IMG/VR virus record: IMGVR_UViG_3300045988_173425
Coordinates: 32,001 to 96,000 of that record
Reading direction: 5' to 3' (one strand)
DNA: 64,000 bases
From: a virus
In this document: one piece after another, positions 1 to 8,502 of the stretch
Layout of the letters: each line of letters opens with the position of its first letter
Numbering within the stretch: position 1 is the stretch's first letter
Position numbers and translations under genes: made by a program
The notes under the pieces: generated by a model
What the model was told of the DNA's origin: nothing
The model's database searches: none
The model's input: only the letters and a program-made list of their open reading frames with translations

Positions 1-1
1 G

Positions 2-400
2 CGCGTATCACAAGAAATCAGCCTCCCCAACGACGTATACACACGTCAGCGGTATGTGGTAGTGGTTGGCGACAACGCTACTCCCGCCGCCAACGAAGCC
101 GCTGTAGCACGCTCGTTCAGCGAATTCCGCACCGACTTCGAAGCGTTGATCGCCACGCTCCAGCGTCGTGTTGAAACGTCGGACTATGTTATGGGCGCTA
201 TTCGGTCGTTGGGCTTTGACGTGCGTCCTGACACCGTGGTGGAGAAGATCACCACACCTGAAGCCGAAACCGACGTCATCGCCGCGTTCGCCAACACATC
301 AGCAGCGGTGTACATCAGCCTCCAGCCGGGATATCGTGAAATACGATTTGTGGCCGTCGCAGGGGCTGGGTGGTACAAAGTGACGTTTCACGGAAGATAA
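2..400 (+). CDS. hypothetical protein (5' end probably outside window)
   Basis: Frame of track ORF 56..400 stays open back to nt 2. The M at 56 is a GTG codon. No family motif recognised. Confidence 0.45.
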   Translation, partial: RVSQEISLPNDVYTRQRYVVVVGDNATPAANEAAVARSFSEFRTDFEALIATLQRRVETSDYVMGAIRSLGFDVRPDTVVEKITTPEAETDVIAAFANTSAAVYISLQPGYREIRFVAVAGAGWYKVTFHGR

Positions 401-418
401 TCAAAATTCAAGACCAAA

Positions 419-967
419 ATGGAGGATAAATTCACACTCTTCGCCGCGTTGGCGTGTGCGGTAGCGATTCTGATAGTGATGTGGTGGGAGCACCGCCCGT
501 CGTTTTCTTGGGTGAGGTATCTGTTTGGGTTCGACGAACACGACTCCGACACGATGCCGTGGGACGAGGTGGTTGACCGTATCGCTCGCCGAGCGCTTAA
601 GGCTTACCGACGTGACCCTGAAGCCAAGGCGTTAAGCAATGGTGTGTACGCAGAATATTACGACGCTGTATACGCTAACGGCGACCACCTGCGTGAGGTG
701 ATGCTGACGTTGAAACGCCAAGACATGATGGACTTCCCGATCGTTGTAACTATCAACGTTGACACCGGGTATAGCGAGGTGACTGGCGTTGACGCTACAC
801 CCTACGCCGACCCCTACCAGTGGATGATGGAGCAGGTGGGCGACTTACCGTGTTACGAAATAGCACGCCGAGCGTATATCTGTGAGCAGCGTGGTGAACG
901 CGGCGATAACGAACGCGCGGCAGTACGCGCTGAATACATCTCGTGGATCGCACGGCGGTTCATCTAA
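419..967 (+). CDS. hypothetical protein with N-terminal transmembrane helix
   Basis: ATG start. Hydrophobic N-terminus FTLFAALACAVAILIVMWW. Followed by hairpin terminator 1020-1058. Confidence 0.6.
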   Translation: MEDKFTLFAALACAVAILIVMWWEHRPSFSWVRYLFGFDEHDSDTMPWDEVVDRIARRALKAYRRDPEAKALSNGVYAEYYDAVYANGDHLREVMLTLKRQDMMDFPIVVTINVDTGYSEVTGVDATPYADPYQWMMEQVGDLPCYEIARRAYICEQRGERGDNERAAVRAEYISWIARRFI

Positions 968-1019
968 CAACGTTATACCACGTGACGCCGCGAGGCGGTA
1001 ACAACACTTCCTTTCTGTG

Positions 1020-1058
1020 CCCCAGCCTGACACCACCCCGTCGGCTGGGGTCTTTTGT
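1020..1058 (+). terminator. rho-independent terminator candidate
   Basis: CCCCAGCC (1020-1027) pairs with GGCTGGGG (1043-1050), followed by TCTTTTGTT. Confidence 0.6.
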
Positions 1059-1090
1059 TGGCGGTTTACGAAAAAGTTCTCCTTTTCTTG

Positions 1091-1173
1091 GAAGATTTTT
1101 CGTGATTCTCTTTGAACTCTTGGAGATTTACACTACCTTCGCTCTTGGAAAATGAAACTAAAACACTTGAACT
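1091..1173 (+). promoter_or_regulatory. conserved promoter/leader element, copy 1 of 4
   Basis: Aligns with copies at 4153, 17471 and 27254. TTTG (1110-1113), 19-nt spacer, TACCTTCG (1134-1141), then conserved leader GGAAAATGAAACTAAAACACTTG ending at ATG 1174. Confidence 0.6.
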
Positions 1174-1287
1174 ATGAAACGCTTTAATCTTATCTCTGCT
1201 CTTGAAGTTACGGCTCGTGTATTGATGGTCGTTGGATTGATGGCTGGAACGCTGGCTGTGGTTGGATTGATGGTTTCGATGTTCTAA
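1174..1287 (+). CDS. small hydrophobic peptide (37 aa)
   Basis: ORF below the track size cutoff: MKRFNLISALEVTARVLMVVGLMAGTLAVVGLMVSMF. Its ATG sits exactly where the other promoter/leader copies place their gene start. Confidence 0.45.
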   Translation: MKRFNLISALEVTARVLMVVGLMAGTLAVVGLMVSMF

Positions 1288-1301
1288 AAACACTTGGTAA
1301 A

Positions 1302-1490
1302 ATGGATAAGAATCGTAAACAGCTGGAAGAACGCGCTGCGTGGGCGCTGGTTATAATCGTCGTCGTAATAGCGTTTGTTGGCGTGAACTTGGTATGGTAC
1401 GGTGACGGGCTGATGAAACTCCTTGGAGTTTGCGTTGGTGGGTATGGCTTGTATGTGATGGCCCGTATAGTAGAACGCTTAAATCGGTAG
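1302..1490 (+). CDS. small membrane protein
   Basis: 62 aa with two hydrophobic stretches (AWALVIIVVVIAFVGVNLVWY, LLGVCVGGYGLYVMA). ATG start. Confidence 0.55.
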   Translation: MDKNRKQLEERAAWALVIIVVVIAFVGVNLVWYGDGLMKLLGVCVGGYGLYVMARIVERLNR

Positions 1491-1622
1491 CCCTATGACA
1501 CGTGAAATGATTATCGCTGCGGCCTACGCTGCTGGCTGGGAGGCTGAAACGCCCAGCGTTGAAGGCGCTGAAGCCTATTTAGACGCCGTTGTAAGATTGT
1601 AAAACTAAATCGTATATTCGTT

Positions 1623-1961
1623 ATGAAATCCAAAACCCTCAAACAATTTCTCGCCGAGCGGCGTAAAAGCGAAGTGCAAACAGCCGACGCCGTGATGAAA
1701 GCGGTGGACACGCTGGCGCACGTGAACGACGGCGCGTATTTCGGTTCTGCCGTCATTATCAACATCACCGACCTTGAAGGTAAGGTGTTGACCGATGCCG
1801 CTATCAACGGTGAAATGCTCGACGCGCTCCGGCCTCATCTCGTTGAAGCGTATCGCCAGACGCTGATGGCTAAAGAGGTCCGCGTTGCGTACAACCTTCG
1901 TAAAATACAAAACACTATCAACACCTACGACCCTGAACGTCCTAAACAACCCCAGAAATGA
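1623..1961 (+). CDS. hypothetical protein
   Basis: ATG start, co-directional tight packing with a 4-nt overlap to the next gene. No motif recognised. Confidence 0.6.
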   Translation: MKSKTLKQFLAERRKSEVQTADAVMKAVDTLAHVNDGAYFGSAVIINITDLEGKVLTDAAINGEMLDALRPHLVEAYRQTLMAKEVRVAYNLRKIQNTINTYDPERPKQPQK

Positions 1962-2287
1962 ATCCCCTGTACCGTATCGGCACCCGCGTAAAGGTTAAGA
2001 CGTGGCCCGAAATAGCAGAACACGTTGGCGTCGAGTACGACGAAGCCACGTTCATGGAATTAGAAGGCGTGGTGTACGACGACGCCAACGACGACCCTAT
2101 TGGGCTGTTGGAAGAAATGTACACTGGCGCTGGCCGTGGCGAAGACACGTGTCTGATCGTTGGCGGCGAACCTGAAGCGATGTTTCCCACCTATCACCTG
2201 CGTAACTTGCGTACTGGTGAAATGATTGAATACACGCCCGGCGCACCGTACCACTTCCGCGACTGGATGTTGAAACTGACGCGGTGA
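1958..2287 (+). CDS. hypothetical protein
   Basis: ATG start overlapping the upstream stop. No motif recognised. Confidence 0.6.
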   Translation: MNPLYRIGTRVKVKTWPEIAEHVGVEYDEATFMELEGVVYDDANDDPIGLLEEMYTGAGRGEDTCLIVGGEPEAMFPTYHLRNLRTGEMIEYTPGAPYHFRDWMLKLTR

Positions 2288-2520
2288 TGACGAAAGACGA
2301 AATTATACGCCAAATAGAAGACGTCCGCCGTCAACGCGTGAAGGCTGAACGCAAACTCATCACCAGCGGTAAGGGTTATCCCGTCCACAACGACGCTGAA
2401 GTGGACCTCACGCTGGATGAATATCACCACGAGGGGTCTTCTACACGCTCTGAAGAACGGCTGTTGGCCCTGTTGAATGAAGAACGCGCTAAATACACCA
2501 CCACCCTAACTTACCTGTGA
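2287..2520 (+). CDS. hypothetical protein
   Basis: Track ORF begins on GTG at 2284. The ATG at 2287 overlaps the upstream stop (GTGATGA). Confidence 0.55.
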   Translation: MTKDEIIRQIEDVRRQRVKAERKLITSGKGYPVHNDAEVDLTLDEYHHEGSSTRSEERLLALLNEERAKYTTTLTYL

Positions 2521-2521
2521 T

Positions 2522-3010
2522 ATGTCCCGACCTGGAAATCGCGCTGTGCTTTACGAAGGCAGCCCTGCGCTACAAGAACTCATCGAAACCTACGCCACGA
2601 TGGATGTAAGGGCGTATTGCGCTAAATGGGGATTGGCGATCGCTACGGTCCGCAGCACGGCGTCGCGAAGGGGTTTACTCCGCCAGAGGGGGAAAGTCCG
2701 TAAAAACGACACCGCCAACATCGTGAAGCCCGCCTCACGCCGTGGTCGTAAACCTAAAGCGCTCGTAACGCCTCCTCCGCCGCCTGTGCCTGCGTACGAA
2801 CCGCCAGCCGATATGATACCCCCCAACGTTCTTAAGCACACGCGGGGATATCGTAAGCGCTCGTGGAAAGACCCCGTGAGTCGCCGCGAACTGAATACGA
2901 TGCCGGTGCCATACCCCTTCAGCGAAATAGCCGACGCACCCTACAACCGCGGATTAGACGAAACGCCAGAAGAGACAGGGCGTGTTGTTAAACGAACCAA
3001 GAACCGTTGA
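2522..3010 (+). CDS. hypothetical basic, proline-rich protein
   Basis: ATG start. Lys/Arg-rich with a TPPPPPVPAYEPP tract. The N-terminal helical part could be DNA-binding, but this is unverified. Confidence 0.55.
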   Translation: MSRPGNRAVLYEGSPALQELIETYATMDVRAYCAKWGLAIATVRSTASRRGLLRQRGKVRKNDTANIVKPASRRGRKPKALVTPPPPPVPAYEPPADMIPPNVLKHTRGYRKRSWKDPVSRRELNTMPVPYPFSEIADAPYNRGLDETPEETGRVVKRTKNR

Positions 3011-3015
3011 CGCTT

Positions 3016-3567
3016 ATGAACCTGCGAGGACCTATATGTCGTTTGATCGTTGATGAATTGCCCGTTGACGCCTATGGAATGAAGGTGTTGGCGGCGGCGC
3101 GTGAACTGTGGACGGCGCAGGGTAAGGTGTGTATCACTACGGGCCGTGCGTTGGGGCGCGAGTTCCCGGTGGTACAGATTATCGGTGGCGAACCGATGAA
3201 CTACCCACAGCGCGTTATCGAAGTCGTGGAGCAAGTCCGTGCGTCGAACCCCACCGTGCGCGTCAAGTTATTCACCGGGTTCCCTGACGTTGAAGGGTTG
3301 TTGAAGGTAGCACCGCTGGTGGATGCTATCGCCGTGACGCTGGCCAGCGCGGATGACGAACACCACTTTCGGGCTGCGCGGTTGGGGTTTCGCGACTTTG
3401 GCCGTACACGAATGGAGGTGCGCTACAATTCCGCCACCGGAGAAGACCCTTCGGGGCGCGTATTTACCCAGTATTGGCGGTTGGTGGATATGGCTAAAGA
3501 GGGCGACTACCTACTGGAGTCTAAAGTGTGGGTGATGAAATACGCCAACGGAACGTTATTTGACTAA
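3016..3567 (+). CDS. hypothetical protein
   Basis: Track ORF starts on TTG at 3007; the first ATG is at 3016. It has an IIGGEPM motif but no CxxxCxxC cluster. Confidence 0.55.
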   Translation: MNLRGPICRLIVDELPVDAYGMKVLAAARELWTAQGKVCITTGRALGREFPVVQIIGGEPMNYPQRVIEVVEQVRASNPTVRVKLFTGFPDVEGLLKVAPLVDAIAVTLASADDEHHFRAARLGFRDFGRTRMEVRYNSATGEDPSGRVFTQYWRLVDMAKEGDYLLESKVWVMKYANGTLFD

Positions 3568-3578
3568 AATCGTGAAAT

Positions 3579-4004
3579 ATGACTGAAGAACGAAATTATG
3601 ACGACCCGCGTCTGAATGACGAAATGCGACGTTGGGGGTGCTATACCGTCAAGACCGCCAACGACACCACGCAGATAATACTCACGCCAGAATTCTTGGC
3701 CAACACCTCAGGATACGCCATCACGATGGATATGGGGTTTGGAAAAGAGCGCGTGAGGGCGTGGAAGCGTAACGCCAACGGAGTGTTGGAATGTAGCGAA
3801 TATCCTGACCGCTTGTATTTGGATGAAACGGCTGGTGAAGGTAAGTACACTGCGCGTATCACGTTGACGTGTGAGTGTGGTGAAGAAATCACGTTGACGC
3901 ACTCTCAGGCGAGAATCTTTATGCGCGGTGCGTACGAGAACCGTTACCTTCAGCGTGTGCTGTTGCGGTGTCGGCGGTGTAACAAAATGCTTTTCAAGCC
4001 GTGA
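3579..4004 (+). CDS. hypothetical protein with putative zinc ribbon
   Basis: Two Cys pairs: CECGEE and CRRCNK. Confidence 0.6.
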   Translation: MTEERNYDDPRLNDEMRRWGCYTVKTANDTTQIILTPEFLANTSGYAITMDMGFGKERVRAWKRNANGVLECSEYPDRLYLDETAGEGKYTARITLTCECGEEITLTHSQARIFMRGAYENRYLQRVLLRCRRCNKMLFKP

Positions 4005-4152
4005 AACGAGTGTTGATATGGATGGTGAGGTTGGTGGTCCGGGTGATCGTCAACCTCGTTTATTTGGCGGGGTTTGGTGTTGTGTTGGCGTTATTGTTGA
4101 TGACGCTATATTCGCTGTGGTGTTAGTGAAACGACGATTTGGAAAAATCTTT

Positions 4153-4236
4153 GAAAAATATTTCGTAATTCTCTTGGCGGTTTGGCAGATTCGCCGTACC
4201 TTTGTAGTGGAAAATGAAACTAAAACACTTGGAATT
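4153..4236 (+). promoter_or_regulatory. conserved promoter/leader element, copy 2 of 4
   Basis: TTCGTAATTCTCTTGG, 19-nt spacer, TACCTTTG (4197-4204), then GGAAAATGAAACTAAAACACTTGG, ending at ATG 4237. Confidence 0.65.
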
Positions 4237-5151
4237 ATGAAACCTTCTATCGAAAACATCCGCACTATCGTAAGCGTACTGACCGCTGAAGAGCGCCAGC
4301 TCCTGAAAGACACCTTCCTCTATGGAGGTTGGGGAGACACCGACTATGAGTTTCTTGACGAAAACGGCAACGACGAAACCGTTGGCGCTTGGGGCTACTG
4401 CACGAACGACGCTCGCGAGGGTAAGCACTTTGCAGGCCGTGTCGTGGCTACGATGTTCCGCTCGATTTACGCTAAACTGTGCCCGGCTAACCGTCATCAG
4501 CGTGGCGCACAGTTATCGCACTGCAACGACTGGTGGGGTGACGGCTCGGGTGATATGCTGTTCATCCGTTCGAGTTGGAATAAAGCGTGGCTGGAGTGGG
4601 CCAAGACCCCGGAAGAACCGAAAATGAAGGACTATCTGTTCCAGTTCGCCGACAAAAACGGTAAGTATTTAGGCCGCGTAACGATTGCAGCCTTTGAAAC
4701 GCCAACTGTCGATGAGGCTTTAGCCACCTTCAGAACCCATTCCCCATCAGCCGTCAATTCAGCAGTAGCCAACGGTGTTACGCTCATCACCGACAACGAG
4801 CAACCGCTCGGCGAGGTGGCTGTAGGCAGCCGCGTGTATTCAAATATCAACCAGCGTGAGTATCAGGTCGTAGAGCAGTTCCCGAATTCCGTCCGCGTGG
4901 TACACCTCACCGGGGAAGCCGCTGGAGTGTTCTGTGAACTGAATCCTAACTATCCGGTAGTAGTGAAAGAAACTCCGGACGAAGAACTCTCCAACAGCGC
5001 CTTCGCTGCGGTTAACGTGTCGGCCAACGGCGCACGCTACACAGAACTGATTTACGGCACGGGTGACACGATTTGTAAACGTGTCTACTTTACCGCCGAC
5101 GAGTTCGCCAAGGTTGTAGAAGCAATTAAACAATTTAACGATAAGAAATAA
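4237..5151 (+). CDS. hypothetical protein
   Basis: In-frame ATG directly after promoter/leader copy 2. The upstream 103 codons of track ORF 3928..5151 cover the intergenic promoter and overlap the previous gene, so they are discounted. Confidence 0.65.
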   Translation: MKPSIENIRTIVSVLTAEERQLLKDTFLYGGWGDTDYEFLDENGNDETVGAWGYCTNDAREGKHFAGRVVATMFRSIYAKLCPANRHQRGAQLSHCNDWWGDGSGDMLFIRSSWNKAWLEWAKTPEEPKMKDYLFQFADKNGKYLGRVTIAAFETPTVDEALATFRTHSPSAVNSAVANGVTLITDNEQPLGEVAVGSRVYSNINQREYQVVEQFPNSVRVVHLTGEAAGVFCELNPNYPVVVKETPDEELSNSAFAAVNVSANGARYTELIYGTGDTICKRVYFTADEFAKVVEAIKQFNDKK

Positions 5152-5152
5152 C

Positions 5153-5980
5153 ATGAAAACGTACCTTATCAACCAGTTCAAGACCAAGGAAGAGGTGATG
5201 GACGCCATCATCGACGTATTCAAGCGCCGCGAAGATTGGTGCGAGGCTGAAGCCCATCGCACCGGTACCAACCCCGAGCCGTCATTCAAGGCTCAAAAGG
5301 CATACGACCTCGCCTTCCAAACGATGGGTGGTAACTCGTTCAAGCCTGGCGAGTACCAGCACACAAAGCGCTATATGGTCGATTACCTGAAGAATATGGA
5401 GTGCCTGTTCCGTGAAGCGCGTGAGCGTTGGCTGCGCTTCTACCTCCAAGACACCTACCTCCGGTCGCCGGAGGGGAGGGCACGCCAACAGGAGTTACTC
5501 AACACCATCAATCACAACAACGCCGAACTGGACCGCCAAAACAAAACGCTCCTCACCCAGTTGAATAAGTTCGTTGAAGAGCACCGCAACTGCGAAGACT
5601 GGCGCGTGGCACGTTTCACCGAGAACTCCGTGACGTTTGGGTTGGCCGACGCTAAAGGCGAAATCGTTGAAAAGTCGGCGCTGACGTTCTACATCGACCG
5701 TGGCGTCAGTGGTAACGATGAGCCCACGCTGGTAACAGCGGTGGACAATCACGGGCGTTTTTCGTGCGACGACGTGAATATCCAGGTCGTGCGCTATGCG
5801 TGGATGGGGGTGTTGCTGTTGGCAGGTCGTCTTAAATCGCTTAAAGACCTCTTGCTGGTATACGGGTCCGCCGCAGCTAAAATCGCGACTGCCATCAGCA
5901 CTGCCAACGTTCAACTGAAAGAACTCGGTCTTGAAGACTTTGAAGCCGCGTTCAACGAATACGAACTCCAAAACTGGTAA
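5153..5980 (+). CDS. hypothetical protein
   Basis: 275-aa ORF. Its ATG is 2 nt after the upstream stop. No motif recognised. Confidence 0.65.
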   Translation: MKTYLINQFKTKEEVMDAIIDVFKRREDWCEAEAHRTGTNPEPSFKAQKAYDLAFQTMGGNSFKPGEYQHTKRYMVDYLKNMECLFREARERWLRFYLQDTYLRSPEGRARQQELLNTINHNNAELDRQNKTLLTQLNKFVEEHRNCEDWRVARFTENSVTFGLADAKGEIVEKSALTFYIDRGVSGNDEPTLVTAVDNHGRFSCDDVNIQVVRYAWMGVLLLAGRLKSLKDLLLVYGSAAAKIATAISTANVQLKELGLEDFEAAFNEYELQNW

Positions 5981-5985
5981 AAGCG

Positions 5986-6285
5986 ATGAACCCTACTTTC
6001 ATCAACCTCTACGTCGTAAACGCCACCGCCAACAGCGACCTTCGTGATATGTCTGTTGACGAACGACGCCGTGTGGAAGAGCGACGGCTGATAACGGCTC
6101 GTGAGTTGTTACCCGGCACCAACGTCTTGACCAACGTAACCATCAACAGCGAACTCCGCACCGCCATCATGGTCCCTCGCTTAACACGCCGTGAAGTGGC
6201 TGATGCGTGGCACACCCTGACGACTGTATTCGGCGACTTCAACCCCGACCGCGTGATGTTCGAGAAAATAGAAATCGAAGTTTAA
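5986..6285 (+). CDS. hypothetical protein
   Basis: ATG start, tight spacing. No motif recognised. Confidence 0.55.
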   Translation: MNPTFINLYVVNATANSDLRDMSVDERRRVEERRLITARELLPGTNVLTNVTINSELRTAIMVPRLTRREVADAWHTLTTVFGDFNPDRVMFEKIEIEV

Positions 6286-6304
6286 TCCCCTAATATCGTG
6301 AATT

Positions 6305-6532
6305 ATGGCACCTAATCGAGTAACTCGTGCGACGGCCATGGCTACGGCCCGTGACTACGCCCGCACTCATTCCAAAGAAGCCGTCCGTGTACAGGTAGCG
6401 CTGTACCGTGATCAGGTCAAGTCCCTCAATCGCGCCAAGGCCAACGCCAGCGAAGAAGAAGTTCGTCGGTTGTGCGAACGTATAGCCGACACCCGTGAGT
6501 TGTTACGAGCGTTCGAGAAGGAGGCCCAGTAA
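6305..6532 (+). CDS. hypothetical protein
   Basis: 75-aa helical, charged ORF with an ATG start. Confidence 0.5.
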   Translation: MAPNRVTRATAMATARDYARTHSKEAVRVQVALYRDQVKSLNRAKANASEEEVRRLCERIADTRELLRAFEKEAQ

Positions 6533-6572
6533 ACCGCCAAAACCCATTTAATCACTCAAATAGTACAACACA

Positions 6573-7565
6573 ATGGAAAACACAAAACCTATCAGCGTCT
6601 TCAACGCTACCGAACCCCTCCGCATCAACGACCAAGCGTCAATCACCCGCGGCCAGGTCCTGTTCCTTTACGCCGTGGCTGCCGCAGCGGCTGACGTGCC
6701 GGTGATCGTACGGCTGGATGAAGGTCCGCTGCCGTTCACTGGCGTTGACGAAGCAGCGCCGCGTTATGGCGACGTACGCACGTGGCTGGGGATGTTCCTC
6801 GACGCCAACTTGGCGTTCCGCGTGATGATGCCTATTCCCGACGGAGGTCGCGTCACGGAAGAAATCAAGAAGATGTCTCACGAGTGCACCGACGCAGGGC
6901 TGTTGGAGTTCCACGCCGACGACGACACGCTCCGTTTCACCGCTCTTGGCGTTGAGGCCATCAACCTCTACGGTTGGGTGTTCGAGAACGAGTGGCGCAC
7001 GATTGAGAGCATCGTGCTGAAGATCGTCAACGACCGCTACGGCCACTGCGGTATTGGCGTTGAGGCGTGCACCGAACACGTCACCACGCTCAACCCGCGA
7101 GATCTGACGGGCCAGTTCGTGCTGGTAGACACCGACCTCATGGCAGCCACGTATCGCCGCACCGACGGTATGCTGGTAGCGAACGTCTTTGGCGTTGGAA
7201 CGTTCATCGTCGAACGGCTGTGTGCCGTCAACACGTCGCTGTTGGCCGCGCTGGCTGACGAAGGTATGGCGGAGCGTAACACCACTGACGAAATCCTCGA
7301 CGAGTATCATCGCCGTTTCAAGGCAGCGTCGGAGGCTTACCAGCGTGAACACGGCATCGTCAACGACCCCGAACCTGAAGAAGCACCTCAAGACGGCGCT
7401 ATGGCCCAGTTGGCTGCCGCGCTGGGTAAGGCTCTTGGCCATGGCGTCGGTCTGAAGCGTGTAGACATCCCTCACGACGGTGGTGAACCCACGGTGACGG
7501 ACCTTGGCGAAAAGGTCGCTGATGCTGAAGTGGTGATCGAAGCCGCCGACAAGCCTGTGTCGTAA
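6573..7565 (+). CDS. hypothetical protein
   Basis: 330-aa ORF with an ATG start, followed by a terminator at 7590-7628. The antisense ORF 6639..7475 is judged a shadow. Confidence 0.65.
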   Translation: MENTKPISVFNATEPLRINDQASITRGQVLFLYAVAAAAADVPVIVRLDEGPLPFTGVDEAAPRYGDVRTWLGMFLDANLAFRVMMPIPDGGRVTEEIKKMSHECTDAGLLEFHADDDTLRFTALGVEAINLYGWVFENEWRTIESIVLKIVNDRYGHCGIGVEACTEHVTTLNPRDLTGQFVLVDTDLMAATYRRTDGMLVANVFGVGTFIVERLCAVNTSLLAALADEGMAERNTTDEILDEYHRRFKAASEAYQREHGIVNDPEPEEAPQDGAMAQLAAALGKALGHGVGLKRVDIPHDGGEPTVTDLGEKVADAEVVIEAADKPVS

Positions 7566-7589
7566 CGACGCTTTGGCGTTGACGCTTTT

Positions 7590-7628
7590 AGCCGCCTTGG
7601 ATTTAGGTCCTTGGCGGCTTTTCTGTTG
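7590..7628 (+). terminator. rho-independent terminator candidate
   Basis: AGCCGCC (7590-7596) pairs with GGCGGCT (7613-7619), plus an inner GGA/TCC pairing, followed by TTTTCTGTT. Confidence 0.6.
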
Positions 7629-7631
7629 GCG

Positions 7632-7722
7632 TCCTCCTCCCCCTTTTCCCCCTTATGGTTCTCTTCCCCCCCTACCCCCTTTTACTCCTTTACCCCCTAT
7701 AATCCCCCTTCTCCGCTTTTCC
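7632..7722. repeat. polypyrimidine tract with six C5-C7 runs (G-runs on the minus strand)
   Basis: C-runs at 7639-43, 7648-52, 7666-72, 7675-79, 7693-97 and 7704-08. There are almost no purines on the + strand. Confidence 0.85.
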
Positions 7723-7723
7723 G

Positions 7724-7795
7724 GTATAAACACCAAAAGACACTGGTGTTTATACTTTCGAGAGACTTCGTCTCTCCTCGCGCACATACGTGCGC
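7724..7795. other. three consecutive perfect hairpins
   Basis: GTATAAACACC/GGTGTTTATAC (7724-7734 with 7745-7755). GAGAGAC/GTCTCTC (7760-7766 with 7770-7776). GCGCAC/GTGCGC (7780-7785 with 7790-7795). Confidence 0.8.
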
Positions 7796-7917
7796 TCACG
7801 TGCTTACGCACGCTCATACGCATACGCGAGACACATGCCAGCGAGAACACGTGTGTACCACCCCGCGTGCGCCTATACGCGCGTGACCAACACGCCAACA
7901 GCCAGCCATCATTCACA

Positions 7918-7956
7918 GCCAACGTTATTCACTTCGTAAACAAACAACACTTCAGA
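7918..7956 (+). promoter_or_regulatory. second shared upstream motif (copy a)
   Basis: GCCAACGTTATTCACTTCGTAAACAAACAACAC precedes ATG 7957 and resembles the sequence at 11082-11126. Confidence 0.25.
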
Positions 7957-8502
7957 ATGAAACGATATTTCCAACGCTTCGTTGAATGGCTTTACGCCGA
8001 CCGCGTGGCTGATGCTATTGGCACAGCGGTGACGCGTGAACTACGTCGGCGGATGCCTGAATTACGCGACGACGAAGACTTGGCGCCTTTAACTCACCAA
8101 GACGTTTACGCCACAGTGGTGATTAACCTTCCTTCGCCAGCAGAAGTTATTCACGCCAACTGGGGTGACGCCAACGAACTTCACTTGCGAACCCTTACCG
8201 TCAGCGTTGAGGGCTTGAAACTTCAACTCGAAATCACAGCCTCCCGCACCAAGGTGCTTTCAAACCACGACGCCAGAATATGCTTTGGCGATTGGGTATA
8301 CCTGCTGGACGTGAAGGTGACTGGCGACGAAGAGTGTTGGCTGTGGTTCCAGCTGAAGAAGCGTCGTATCGCCAACGTTGGTGTTGAAGGCGAAATTCCC
8401 TATTGGCGCCAGCGCGGCGTTTACATACCCTTGGTTCATCGCTTCACAGCTGAAGTGTTGAAAGGCGTGGCACGAGGACTCCAAAATCTTGACGTGTTAT
8501 GA
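7957..8502 (+). CDS. hypothetical protein
   Basis: First ATG after the non-coding island. The upstream part of track ORF 7573..8502 is a translation of the pyrimidine tract and is discounted. Confidence 0.6.
   Translation: MKRYFQRFVEWLYADRVADAIGTAVTRELRRRMPELRDDEDLAPLTHQDVYATVVINLPSPAEVIHANWGDANELHLRTLTVSVEGLKLQLEITASRTKVLSNHDARICFGDWVYLLDVKVTGDEECWLWFQLKKRRIANVGVEGEIPYWRQRGVYIPLVHRFTAEVLKGVARGLQNLDVL

Noticed and set aside
1495-1602. 35-codon ORF (MTREMIIAAAYAAGWEAETPSVEGAEAYLDAVVRL) in the gap between 1490 and 1623
   Set aside because: It is possible but unsupported. There is no conserved upstream element and no distinctive composition, so it is left unannotated.
3016-3567. Radical SAM enzyme, suggested by the IIGGEPM motif
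   Set aside because: There is no CxxxCxxC cluster or any equivalent triad of cysteines in the N-terminal part. A single short motif is insufficient.
7573-7956. Pro-rich ORFs drawn by the track across the pyrimidine tract (7573..8502 N-terminus, 7611..7886, 7653..7922 minus)
   Set aside because: They are translations of low-complexity C/T sequence and hairpins. They start on non-ATG codons, overlap each other in three frames, and sit directly after a terminator. The real gene most likely starts at ATG 7957.
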